From: a virus
Taxonomy: Duplodnaviria; Caudoviricetes
Strand: one strand, 5' to 3'
Length of the DNA stretch: 64,000 nt
IMG/VR virus record: IMGVR_UViG_3300033463_000032
Coordinates: 32,001-96,000 of that record
The position numbers and the translations under genes are program-made. Under the pieces are notes generated by a model. That model was not told the origin of the DNA. It saw nothing but the letters and a program-made list of their open reading frames with translations, and made no database searches. This document shows positions 53,246 to 62,499 of this stretch, one piece after another. The number at the start of each line of letters is the position of its first letter. Within the stretch, counting starts at the first letter, position 1.

Positions 53246-53320
53246 CTTCTCCTTCGAGGTCGTCGAAATAATCGTCGATATTATACTGTTCTAAGTATTC
53301 GGCTTCGTCACCCATCTTTG

Positions 53321-53605
53321 TTACTCCTTTAAATACTTAAACTGCTTTACTGTTACAGCACCTATGCCATTTCTTGTAGGAAGAATGATAAACTTCTCGT
53401 CTTCTCCTACATTGGCTTTTATTTCCTGTTGTATTTTTTCCATATACATATTCACTTGGTTAGTTGCCATATCTCCAACTTCAACCTGAATGAATGTCAG
53501 ATTGCCCAGTTTAGAAACGAATGATGTACCACAGGATTTACAGGTGAAGGTTTTAGGATCTAACTGACCACCACACTGACTACAAACTAATGGTAATAAT
53601 TGCAT
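53321..53605 (-). CDS. zinc-ribbon protein
   Basis: CSQCGG...CKSCGT. Confidence 0.6.
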   Translation of the reverse strand: MQLLPLVCSQCGGQLDPKTFTCKSCGTSFVSKLGNLTFIQVEVGDMATNQVNMYMEKIQQEIKANVGEDEKFIILPTRNGIGAVTVKQFKYLKE

Positions 53606-53780
53606 TGTTATTTTTCCTTTCTATTAAACTTAGAACATGCTTTACTAGATCCTAATCTCCAACCTACCTTGTGTCTAAAGCCATGATCATAGACTTTACA
53701 AGTTCCATAAATACCACCTTTGCTGCCTATTTGATCAATATCAAAACATTTACAATTTTTGCATTTGTTATTTCTAGCCA

Positions 53781-54032
53781 TTAGGAATCCTCATCTGGTT
53801 TATCATTATCCAGGAATAAACTAACGTAGATAACATCAGTACATGGTGCATAGATAAGATAAACCTCATGCTCTAGCAAATATTCAGTTAGAACATCTTC
53901 AATATAAAGAGAATGTTCTGATGGATTGGTAAGATCAAGTTTAATATCTGGTCTACTAATCTGATTAGGATCTTCACCATAGGTAATCCAAATATTACTG
54001 GTAGTATTTTTGATAAGTTCTTTAAGTTTCAT
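53781..54032 (-). CDS. hypothetical protein
   Basis: ORF, SD AAGGAG. Confidence 0.6.
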   Translation of the reverse strand: MKLKELIKNTTSNIWITYGEDPNQISRPDIKLDLTNPSEHSLYIEDVLTEYLLEHEVYLIYAPCTDVIYVSLFLDNDKPDEDS

Positions 54033-54043
54033 CTTGTTTCTCC

Positions 54044-54328
54044 TTATACATCAACCGTAAACATTACTAGCCTTAGTATTTTGAATTCCTGGATATCCGG
54101 ATCTTCAAACGGAAACTTGTTACAGTAAGGACATGTAATGGTATCTGGCTTTTCTTCATCAGAACATTCATATCCAGTCCAATTTTCATCAACATCAATA
54201 TAAACTGCATTACTAGATGTTGTAGTTTTTACAAGATCCGCTGTAAAAAATTTATCACTACCATCCGGCATAAATCTGTTTACCTTTACTGAACTTATAT
54301 AATTACCACATTTTTCACATCTGATCAT
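54044..54328 (-). CDS. zinc-binding hypothetical protein
   Basis: CEKCG...CPYC. Confidence 0.6.
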   Translation of the reverse strand: MIRCEKCGNYISSVKVNRFMPDGSDKFFTADLVKTTTSSNAVYIDVDENWTGYECSDEEKPDTITCPYCNKFPFEDPDIQEFKILRLVMFTVDV

Positions 54329-54376
54329 AAAATATCTCCTAACTAGATGGTTCTATAATATAAAACACAAAAGAAA

Positions 54377-54712
54377 TTATTTTGATTTTTCCAATTCTTC
54401 TTTTACCAGTTCTATTATTTCCTTAGCAGTAAGATAACCTATTGGTTCTCCACCATTTTGAGTACTAGTCGTAAGCTCCAGTCTCATATCGTCACGGTCT
54501 AACCAGTAAGAATACCCACCATAAGTACCATAACCGTGTATTACAGACCATTTGTTATGATTAATCCAAAACCAAGTCCTACAGATCCAATGATCTTCCG
54601 GTATTACGGAGGACTGATCTTTCCATTCAATTCCTAACATGTCTAGATCACTTCTTAATCTAACCATCTCCGGTGTAACGTGAAATGGTGACTGCTTGTA
54701 TTTTGAATTCAT
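54377..54712 (-). CDS. hypothetical protein
   Basis: SD AAGGAG before MNSKY. Confidence 0.6.
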   Translation of the reverse strand: MNSKYKQSPFHVTPEMVRLRSDLDMLGIEWKDQSSVIPEDHWICRTWFWINHNKWSVIHGYGTYGGYSYWLDRDDMRLELTTSTQNGGEPIGYLTAKEIIELVKEELEKSK

Positions 54713-54722
54713 CTTTTTCTCC

Positions 54723-54983
54723 TTATATATCATATTTGATAAAAAGAACTAATGATTTACCATAGATATAGAAAGTAACTACTTCCGCAAATGCTATTTC
54801 ATCTTTTAAATACTTGTGAATCTGGAATTGAGAATACTTAGGATTAAACATACAGAATGAATAATTACAAGTTATTTCATTACCATTTTCCAGACTTTCA
54901 ATACACTCATCAAGAAAACATTCTGGAACAATATATATGTTTCCTTGTTCACACCATTTATTTACAAAATCATTAACAGTCAT
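54723..54983 (-). CDS. hypothetical protein
   Basis: ORF, SD AGGAG. Confidence 0.6.
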   Translation of the reverse strand: MTVNDFVNKWCEQGNIYIVPECFLDECIESLENGNEITCNYSFCMFNPKYSQFQIHKYLKDEIAFAEVVTFYIYGKSLVLFIKYDI

Positions 54984-54999
54984 TTTAAATCTCCTGGTA

Positions 55000-55332
55000 T
55001 TATTTATTTTCTGGTAAGGTTAAGAAAGAATCTCTAAGGTCTACATAATCATCTACAGATCCTAATGCTTGATATTCAAGAAATAGTTTGTTGAATTCTT
55101 CTTTTACCAGAGATGGTGCAAAACCTTTTTCTGTATATCTCCAATATAATTGATCCATCTGAGATGCTAATGTTTTCCTTTTTGCATCTATCTTTGCATT
55201 ACGGTCCTTTCTGAATTGCTCTCTAGTGTTCTTAATATCTTTTTCAATAACTACTGCTAAGAGTATTGCCAAGATGATAACAAACACTACAACACAAAGT
55301 CCTACAACAAGAAATTTTTCATTCATATTCAT
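55000..55332 (-). CDS. membrane-anchored protein
   Basis: N-terminal TM helix. Confidence 0.6.
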   Translation of the reverse strand: MNMNEKFLVVGLCVVVFVIILAILLAVVIEKDIKNTREQFRKDRNAKIDAKRKTLASQMDQLYWRYTEKGFAPSLVKEEFNKLFLEYQALGSVDDYVDLRDSFLTLPENK

Positions 55333-55709
55333 TTTTTACACCCCTTATCCTTTCTTAAGTCTGCTCCACACCAGGGACAATATGATGTTAATAATCTATA
55401 TTCCCATCTGTTTTGGCATTTTGGACACCTGACACTATATCCAGTAGCAGTTTCTTCTTTAATCCAGGTGTCAGCATCTTCTGTTTTACAATCCTTGTTT
55501 TCCAGAATACCTGTCAAAAAGTATCTGTTCTGCTGCACTCCTTCAATAAAAGATAGGATCTTATCAATACATACCGGACACACTTCTTCTCCAACAAAAC
55601 TAGCAACAGATTGGTGATGTTCTCTGGTCCCTTGTACTTTAACCTCACCAACACATATACCTGCTGAATTAAGTTCTTTCTTACAGATATCACATAAATG
55701 TTTGATCAT
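55329..55709 (-). CDS. double zinc-ribbon protein
   Basis: CDIC, CPVC, CPKC, CPWCGA. Confidence 0.65.
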   Translation of the reverse strand: MIKHLCDICKKELNSAGICVGEVKVQGTREHHQSVASFVGEEVCPVCIDKILSFIEGVQQNRYFLTGILENKDCKTEDADTWIKEETATGYSVRCPKCQNRWEYRLLTSYCPWCGADLRKDKGCKK

Positions 55710-55730
55710 AGTATAGTTCTCCTTTTATGG

Positions 55731-56195
55731 CTAAAGTGGAAGCTTAAGCATAGGATCTATTACTGGATAACCACCATTAATGTGAGAGGATTCTGTAAGA
55801 AATCCACCAAATATAGTGTTTACTGTATAGATCCGAGCTTTTCTTGTAGGAACATAATTTCCACCAAAATTTAGATTTTTACTATTTAATGGAAATCCGG
55901 TATCACTTACTGATAATGTAATATGTGGAACTTCGATAGCATTAACTATTTTAACAAGTTCTTCATTTTCACATTCTTTAAGTTCTACAGAAAAAGCTTC
56001 ATTATCACCATCATTTCCATAACCAGTAATGGTAAATCTGGCTGCAATTCCATACAGATCATTATGTATTACCGGTGGATTGAATTCTGTAGTAATATGC
56101 TTGTGCATAACTTTTCTGCTAAGAGTTCCGATAGAAGCACCTATTTGATCACCAGTAATGAAAAATCCTTCATATATGATTTTACTCATTAGCAC
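55731..56195 (-). CDS. 2H phosphoesterase-family protein
   Basis: Two HxT motifs (KHITTEF, PHITLSV). Confidence 0.6.
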   Translation of the reverse strand: MLMSKIIYEGFFITGDQIGASIGTLSRKVMHKHITTEFNPPVIHNDLYGIAARFTITGYGNDGDNEAFSVELKECENEELVKIVNAIEVPHITLSVSDTGFPLNSKNLNFGGNYVPTRKARIYTVNTIFGGFLTESSHINGGYPVIDPMLKLPL

Positions 56196-56430
56196 TCATC
56201 CTTTTTCCCAAGTTTTCATAATACTTTTCCAATTCCTTAAATTCTTCTTTTGTAAGTCCAAAAACCTCAAAATAACTCCATTCATAGCAAATCCTTATGG
56301 TCAATCCCATATGATCATATATGGTACATAAGGAATCACCACCAATTCCTGGACACTCAAACAAACCACAGTCAGCAACAGCATAATGCTATTCAATTAT
56401 TGCTTTTGCTATATCCAACTTAGTTGTCAT
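56182..56430 (-). CDS. hypothetical protein with an in-frame TAG at 56389-56391
   Basis: SD AAGGTG, then MTTKLDIAKAIIE*HYAVADCGLFECPG... in one frame. Confidence 0.55.
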
Positions 56431-56443
56431 TTTCTTCACCTTC

Positions 56444-56626
56444 TTACTCACCAAACGTATTGAGCATACATCTTTTAACTGCGGATATAATTTCACTACC
56501 GCAAACTGTATATCTCTTCCCATCAATTTCTAACTCTACTTTGTTGCCATCACACCAATGATTATGGATTTTAATTTTGGGTTGTGATGGTGTTGAATAA
56601 TCATTTATTTCTGTTGTAATGTTCAT
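56444..56626 (-). CDS. hypothetical protein
   Basis: ORF, SD GGGGTG. Confidence 0.6.
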   Translation of the reverse strand: MNITTEINDYSTPSQPKIKIHNHWCDGNKVELEIDGKRYTVCGSEIISAVKRCMLNTFGE

Positions 56627-56815
56627 TCTTTATCACCCCTTATCCCTCCCATACTCTTCTCATGGCTTCGTCATAATTCTTAGCCTTTACAAGAACTACC
56701 ATATCAATACCAACTCGCACAGCATACATTCTTGATTGAAGATAAATTACCTGTTCTTTGGTACTCTCCGCCCAATCGAAAAGATCTTTATATACTTTTA
56801 CTCTGTCATTTGCGT

Positions 56816-57112
56816 TCATTCTTTATCACCTCTCATACTCTTTACCCCCTTAACGATAAGAGAAGCATTAAGAGGAATATCCTCATCTTTACTCGTATAG
56901 TCATTCCTCACAAATAAGTAAAGCCCCTCTTCGCTTTCTTCGTGTCCGATGATACTCATTATCAAATAAGTACCATTAGGGTTATAAGCCCTGTACGCCT
57001 CAAAGATATCCTTCATGTTAGTAAGGATATATTTTTCAAGATCCTCACGGTCATTAGTCTTTAATACCTTGCTTTCGAGCAAGTCCCTCTCAGTAAAAGT
57101 ATCGAATTTCAT
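56816..57112 (-). CDS. hypothetical protein (start MKFDT)
   Basis: SD AAGGGA. Confidence 0.55.
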   Translation of the reverse strand: MKFDTFTERDLLESKVLKTNDREDLEKYILTNMKDIFEAYRAYNPNGTYLIMSIIGHEESEEGLYLFVRNDYTSKDEDIPLNASLIVKGVKSMRGDKE

Positions 57113-57237
57113 ATCAAAAATCCCCTTTCTTAAAATCTGTACCGGACACAACGTTTTCACAGAATATCTGGAATTCCTGTTCCGCTCTTTGTTCGTCAGC
57201 CTCTTTCTGATAAGCCTTCCCCTTCTCGAAAGCCTCT

Positions 57238-57405
57238 TCAAGGGCTTTCTTCGTTTCTTTTCTTGATTTTATCCCGGATCTTGTTTACAAGGTTTTTGAT
57301 ACCGACTCCAAAGATAATCAAAATCACTAATAGGATAGCAAAACCAATGATTGCATATCCTAAAAGTTCTTCAATAATTTTGATCTCAAAATACTTTTCC
57401 ATCAT
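57238..57405 (-). CDS. small membrane protein
   Basis: Single TM helix. Confidence 0.5.
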   Translation of the reverse strand: MMEKYFEIKIIEELLGYAIIGFAILLVILIIFGVGIKNLVNKIRDKIKKRNEESP

Positions 57406-57502
57406 ATTAAGATTTTTCCCCTTCACTCTGCTTCTGCTAAAATCAAAACTGCAAGTATTCCTAAGAAACTTGCATAGATAACACTTATAACTACATACCA
57501 GA

Positions 57503-57703
57503 TCATAAGATCACCTCATCCTTTCCAAGTATTCTGAAATCATAATCTTTATATGGAAATTTCAAATCCGGGTTATTCCACAAAGCTATGATGTAATAAA
57601 CATCTGTATCAAAATTGAAACCTTCCGTAACTGTTCCCCAAACCCCTTGATAACAACCTACAAGGATCAGAACTTCCTTACCTATTAATTCTTTATTAAC
57701 CAT
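57503..57703 (-). CDS. hypothetical protein (start MVNKE)
   Basis: SD AAGGAG. Confidence 0.55.
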   Translation of the reverse strand: MVNKELIGKEVLILVGCYQGVWGTVTEGFNFDTDVYYIIALWNNPDLKFPYKDYDFRILGKDEVIL

Positions 57704-57983
57704 TGATCTTCTCCTTAACTGGATAAACATAAATGAAAGTACATGAATGTCCTTTATAGCAACTAACATCATCAAATGAACCTACTTGATAAGCAGTAAG
57801 ATCATACTGGTGTTCTTTGATAGCCTGCTTACGGAAATCCATTAAATTACCTTCATAAAGACAACCCATTGAAGATGCACCATCTTCAAAAACTTCTACT
57901 TCCATTACACAAATCCATTCTGTATGGATATTGTAAAACAGAATATCCTCAAAACTTACCTTGTTATTGTTATTGCGAATCAT
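57696..57983 (-). CDS. hypothetical protein
   Basis: SD AAGGAG; promoter upstream. Confidence 0.6.
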   Translation of the reverse strand: MIRNNNNKVSFEDILFYNIHTEWICVMEVEVFEDGASSMGCLYEGNLMDFRKQAIKEHQYDLTAYQVGSFDDVSCYKGHSCTFIYVYPVKEKING

Positions 57984-58019
57984 ATTATGTTCTCCTTTCT
58001 CTAACTTGCTTATGTATTA

Positions 58020-58075
58020 ATTATATAGAAAAAGAATTTCTATCTATACAATATTTGTTGTATTTTTATCAAATT
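58020..58075 (-). promoter_or_regulatory. conserved early-type promoter, copy 3
   Basis: TTTGATAAAAATACAACAAATATTGTATAG-N16-TATATAAT. Confidence 0.65.
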
Positions 58076-58145
58076 CTTTACTAAAATTAATAGAGGATTC
58101 TATTACTAGAACCCTCTATTAACAAAAAAAGGAGAATACACAGTA

Positions 58146-58481
58146 TTAGATTATGTCTTGATTATTTTCTACAAGGATTGGCTTTACCCTGATGTTAAAG
58201 GCACCAGAGTTTGTAGTAGTTTTGATGAAACCCTTTCCCTTGATTACTTCATAGAGTTCCGGTGCTGCTTCCTTGAGTTTCTTAAGATCTACAGATTCAG
58301 AAGTGCTACCAACTGTTTCATAAAGAGTAGCAGACCTTGTAGTAATCTTATCTTTCTGCTCCAAGAGAAAAGCCTTATGGATCTTTTCTCTAAGAACCTT
58401 CATATTTTCTTCGATCTCTGTTTTCTGAATTGAAAGAACTGCATAAGCCTTTGTGTACTTTTCGAAATTGAACTTTGCCAT
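58146..58481 (-). CDS. hypothetical protein (start MAKFN)
   Basis: SD AGGAGGT; followed by a hairpin at 58087-58122. Confidence 0.65.
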   Translation of the reverse strand: MAKFNFEKYTKAYAVLSIQKTEIEENMKVLREKIHKAFLLEQKDKITTRSATLYETVGSTSESVDLKKLKEAAPELYEVIKGKGFIKTTTNSGAFNIRVKPILVENNQDII

Positions 58482-58527
58482 AATGTACCTCCTATTTGTA
58501 ACTTGCTTTGTTTTAACTTGCATAGAT

Positions 58528-58583
58528 ATTCTACAAAAACTGGTAAGGAATTTATATCAAATTCATTGTTCTTTTATCAAATT
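58528..58583 (-). promoter_or_regulatory. conserved early-type promoter, copy 4
   Basis: TTTGATAAAAGAACAATGAATTTGA-TATAAA-17-TAGAAT. Confidence 0.55.
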
Positions 58584-60326
58584 TCAGACTATAGTTACAG
58601 TTGATACTTGATCTATTCCTTTAGTAACTACAATGGTCTGATCTACCGGAATACTGTAATTATTGTGAGAAATAATATAAAGACTATCTATTTCTTCTGA
58701 TACAGTATTGAGAAGATTAAGAACCGTGTTACTTGCTTGTTCATCCAGGTTTTCCAAGATTTCATCACAGATAAGAATATTAGTTTGAAACCCGGAAAGT
58801 TGTAAGGCCACATCTCTTTGAGCAAGTACCAATGCCAGATCAACTTTTTTCTTTTCACCACCGGATAAATTCTCATAAAATGTATCACCTAAGAAGATAT
58901 CTAACTTAGAAGAATCCGTAGATATCTGGATCAGATTAGTATCATTAGAAAACAACAACTTAGAATATTCATTAAGCTTAGAGTTCATAAATGCTACTAC
59001 ATCAGAAAGTAAATAGGTTCTAAAATCCTTAGTGATTAATTGCTGAATATGTTTAATGACATTTACTTTAATTTCAACCTTAGCCTGCTTATCGGATATT
59101 TCTTGAAGCTTGAGATTAAGGACCTTAATCTTTTCCTGGTATTCTTTAGCCTTATCTATATCTGCTTGAACATCTTTATAAAGATCCTTGTTTTTATAAT
59201 AAGTGTCCAGAGTGTTAGAAACCCGGTTAAACATCTGCTGCAAACTGGTTTTCTTTTCTTTGTATGAAGATACAAGATCCTTTTGTTTCTTCATTTCTGA
59301 TAAGATAATAGATCCTTTTTGTATCAAAGCAACTTCTTCATCATCAAGATTAATAAGAAGCTCCTTATATTCTTTAGCCAAACGATCAGAAGTTTCCTTA
59401 TTCTTAATTTCTTGATTACATGTAGGACAATACTTTTTTGTTACCATCTTCTGGTGTTCAAGATATTTATTTCTGCGAGTTTCAATATCTGCTTTTTTCT
59501 TATTTAATTCACTAGACTTCATAGAAAGTTTTTCATAAGTAATAACACTTTCTTCCAGCAATGAACTATTTTCTTTAATCAAAGAATCAAGTTTTTCAAG
59601 TTTTTTACTTAGTGCATCTACAGGTATATCCAAATCCTCTCTAGATATGCCCTTAGATTGCTCTAATTTGCTTTCTAATGCGTTCTTTTCATTTGTATAT
59701 ACAGACAATGCACCTTGCATCTTGGCGAGTTCCTGCGTGATTGTAGACAGGTTAGAGGTGATCTCTTCTTGCTTAGATGAAATCTTGTTCTTAAATTTAT
59801 TAATTTCTTCATCTATGTTAGCAAGAACTTCCAATCTTTCTTTTCTGGCAGATGGTGTAAGCAATGACATTCTTCCACTAAATCCTTGTGATAAGAAAAT
59901 GGTAGATAAAAAGATATCCTGACTAAAAGGAAGAATAGTTTTGATCAGTTTATCTGTATCTGATTTATTTCTACAAGAAATATCATCATTTTCTTTTTTT
60001 AGAATAATGGTAGTTTTAAGTTTAGGATCGTTTAATGTCCGGGTAATTGAATATCCGGTATCATCAATCTTAAAATCAAGTATAACCAAACAACCTTGAT
60101 TGTAATACTTATTTTCCACATCACTAATGCCAGAAGAAGTCTTACCAAACAAACACCAGTTAATAGCTTCCATTATTGAGCTCTTACCAGCTCCGTTACT
60201 GGAAGTTGTTTCTTCATAATTGTTTACACCTTTAATGGAAATGATACCTTCTGATTCCAAATTAATGGAACAAGTACCTATAGATCTGAAACCTTTAATT
60301 TGAAGTTTTTCAAAAGTAACTTGCAT
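58584..60326 (-). CDS. Rad50/SbcC-like recombination ATPase (T4 gp46-like)
   Basis: Walker A NGAGKSS, Q-loop LSQG, hook CPTC, signature LSGGE, Walker B ILICDE, ISH. Confidence 0.93.
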   Translation of the reverse strand: MQVTFEKLQIKGFRSIGTCSINLESEGIISIKGVNNYEETTSSNGAGKSSIMEAINWCLFGKTSSGISDVENKYYNQGCLVILDFKIDDTGYSITRTLNDPKLKTTIILKKENDDISCRNKSDTDKLIKTILPFSQDIFLSTIFLSQGFSGRMSLLTPSARKERLEVLANIDEEINKFKNKISSKQEEITSNLSTITQELAKMQGALSVYTNEKNALESKLEQSKGISREDLDIPVDALSKKLEKLDSLIKENSSLLEESVITYEKLSMKSSELNKKKADIETRRNKYLEHQKMVTKKYCPTCNQEIKNKETSDRLAKEYKELLINLDDEEVALIQKGSIILSEMKKQKDLVSSYKEKKTSLQQMFNRVSNTLDTYYKNKDLYKDVQADIDKAKEYQEKIKVLNLKLQEISDKQAKVEIKVNVIKHIQQLITKDFRTYLLSDVVAFMNSKLNEYSKLLFSNDTNLIQISTDSSKLDIFLGDTFYENLSGGEKKKVDLALVLAQRDVALQLSGFQTNILICDEILENLDEQASNTVLNLLNTVSEEIDSLYIISHNNYSIPVDQTIVVTKGIDQVSTVTIV

Positions 60327-60329
60327 AGA

Positions 60330-61382
60330 TTAATCCTCTTTCACAATGGATAAATATTCTTTAGCATCATATTTAAGATTTTCTGTGTTTTCATTTAAGA
60401 AATCAATGAACTTAGAAGTAACATCTAAGTTTGCTGCCAAAGATGATGTATCTTGATTTAATTTAGTTTTATTCACAAAAGCATTAATTAACTTAAATGC
60501 TATGATCTTCTTATTCTTTTCCAGAGTTTCCTGAACATCTGCTTTGATATCATAGTTTGTATATTTGACTGTTAATGCATACTTGTAGTTTTTGTCTAAA
60601 TCCTTAAGGATCTTAGCCAGGTCCTTAAGAGAATCAACAGTAAATCTTCTGAACAAAATACTATGAGGATTTGCTATTCTTTCAAAAGTTAAAGTATCAG
60701 TATCAAGAACTACAAGTGATGGTAGGTATTCCTGGTTATCTACAAAAGATATCGAAGATACACCACCAATATTCCAGACTTCATTTTGTGTTGTTTCAAG
60801 ATGTTCAGCAGTATGTAAATGGCCATTAGCTACAAATTTAAAATGTGAAGCTAAAAGTTCCGGGTTTACTCCAAAATCCAAGATATATGAATCTCTTAAA
60901 CAAGATCCTTGAATATCAACATGAGATACAAGAATATCATTACTAATGGTTTTCAAAAGAGTATTAGTTACTTTCTTGGAATCCATATAAGGAAGAATAG
61001 AAATCTTATCATTGATCTTAGTTGGTTCTTTAATGATTTTGATTTCCGGATAATTACTAAGAATTTCTACTGCATTGAAATCATCATTTACTTTTTCATG
61101 ATTTCCTACAGTAATGTAATGTGGAATCTTTAAATCTTGGAAATTTTTAAAGAATTCAGAAACACATTCTAATTCTTCTGTCTTAACTATGATGTTATCA
61201 AAAGTATCTCCACCGTTAATGATCATATCTACTTTCTTTTCTTTTGCTATTTGACTTATCCATTCTCCGGTTTTAAGGATCATATCAAGTCTGGTAGTAT
61301 ATTTAGATTTTGAATCTTTAAATAATGGAAGAATACTTGAATTGTATGAACAATGAAGATCTGAATAGATTAATACTTTCAA
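60330..61382 (-). CDS. Mre11/SbcD-like nuclease (T4 gp47-like), TTG start
   Basis: SDLH, GGDTFD, GNHE, SH, GHLH phosphoesterase motifs; SD AAGGA. Confidence 0.92.
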   Translation of the reverse strand: MKVLIYSDLHCSYNSSILPLFKDSKSKYTTRLDMILKTGEWISQIAKEKKVDMIINGGDTFDNIIVKTEELECVSEFFKNFQDLKIPHYITVGNHEKVNDDFNAVEILSNYPEIKIIKEPTKINDKISILPYMDSKKVTNTLLKTISNDILVSHVDIQGSCLRDSYILDFGVNPELLASHFKFVANGHLHTAEHLETTQNEVWNIGGVSSISFVDNQEYLPSLVVLDTDTLTFERIANPHSILFRRFTVDSLKDLAKILKDLDKNYKYALTVKYTNYDIKADVQETLEKNKKIIAFKLINAFVNKTKLNQDTSSLAANLDVTSKFIDFLNENTENLKYDAKEYLSIVKED

Positions 61383-61459
61383 GACGTTTGTTTCCTTTCT
61401 GATTAAAATTTTCTCTATAGTATTAAACACATTTTTCAGAAAGTTCATTTCAGAATACA

Positions 61460-61800
61460 TTTCTAATAATAATGCGTATGTGCGTACATACGCACGTTAT
61501 ATTTTAATATTTAAGTTGTGTTACGATAGTAACACTTAAATATATATTTATATTTATAAATTTATATAGTTGTTAGATAGTAGATATATGAATGACTGCA
61601 AGGAATGAATATATCTAGTAACTAATAACTAGAATAAATTCTAATTAAAGATTAACTTAATTATTATCTTTTACTTATTCTTTTTATTACTTAATAATAT
61701 ATTTATTAATATTATTAAGAAAAGAGTTTAATATTTTCAGAACTTATATTTCTCTTTTGTTTCTTTTCTCTTTGTGCATTTTGCATAAATGGTAGAAAAA
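61460..61800. other. extremely AT-rich divergent intergenic region with several palindromes (origin-like)
   Basis: No ORFs; TGCGTATGT/ACATACGCA and other inverted repeats; strand switch. Confidence 0.4.
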
Positions 61801-61899
61801 TTGTTTGTGAATGAATTTTAAAAATAATACATTGTTCCAAAGAGATTTCTGATAGAATGGATATACAGGCTCTAACAAGTTAATACAGGAGGTATATTT

Positions 61900-62499
61900 A
61901 TGCAGTTGATGAACTATTATGACCAGATTGAAGGTATGATCAACAAAACTGCTAGTCGTTACTACAAATTTTCCGGTATGTCTTTTGAAGATCTTACACA
62001 GGAGTTGTGGTTAAAGTTGATACAGGAAGATCTTTCTGAAATTAAAATGGTAAAGAAAACCATTGAAAACAGAGCTAAGAATATTGTCAGAGATAATGCT
62101 AAGTTTCAAAAAGATGTATGCTGCTACTTCGAAGATGAGGTAGAAACCTATACTTATGTTAGTGAGTATATGATGGAAGAAGAATCCAGATTTGATTTAA
62201 TAATGCTTGATGAAGAATATGTAAGATCCTTTGTTGCTTCTCTTGATAAGCAGGAAAGGATTTATTTGGTTGTTAAAGGATATCTGGTAGGTAATCTTGA
62301 TTTCTTTGAGAAGGAATACAATAACTATGTTGATTGTCTGGGTTCAAAGAAAAGATCTTATCTGGAAGAAACCAAGAAGTATCTTGATGATGTGATAGGA
62401 AAATATTTTCTTAATTTTAACCATATGAAGATGTGGAAGTTTAAGAAGAGTTTAATGAATAAAATGTCTAAATCTATGGAGGTATTTGCTAATGCTTAA
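61900..62499 (+). CDS. sigma70-family-like RNA polymerase sigma factor
   Basis: MI...A.RY....FEDL.QE.W.KL...N...N..R region-2-like pattern; SD AGGAGGT; TGaTAGAAT upstream. Confidence 0.6.
   Translation: MQLMNYYDQIEGMINKTASRYYKFSGMSFEDLTQELWLKLIQEDLSEIKMVKKTIENRAKNIVRDNAKFQKDVCCYFEDEVETYTYVSEYMMEEESRFDLIMLDEEYVRSFVASLDKQERIYLVVKGYLVGNLDFFEKEYNNYVDCLGSKKRSYLEETKKYLDDVIGKYFLNFNHMKMWKFKKSLMNKMSKSMEVFANA

Noticed and set aside
53242-53315. Tiny Arg-rich ORF MGDEAEYLEQYKYRRLFRRPRRRR
   Set aside because: Only 24 codons; an alternative acidic frame suggests a frameshifted remnant, and no function can be supported
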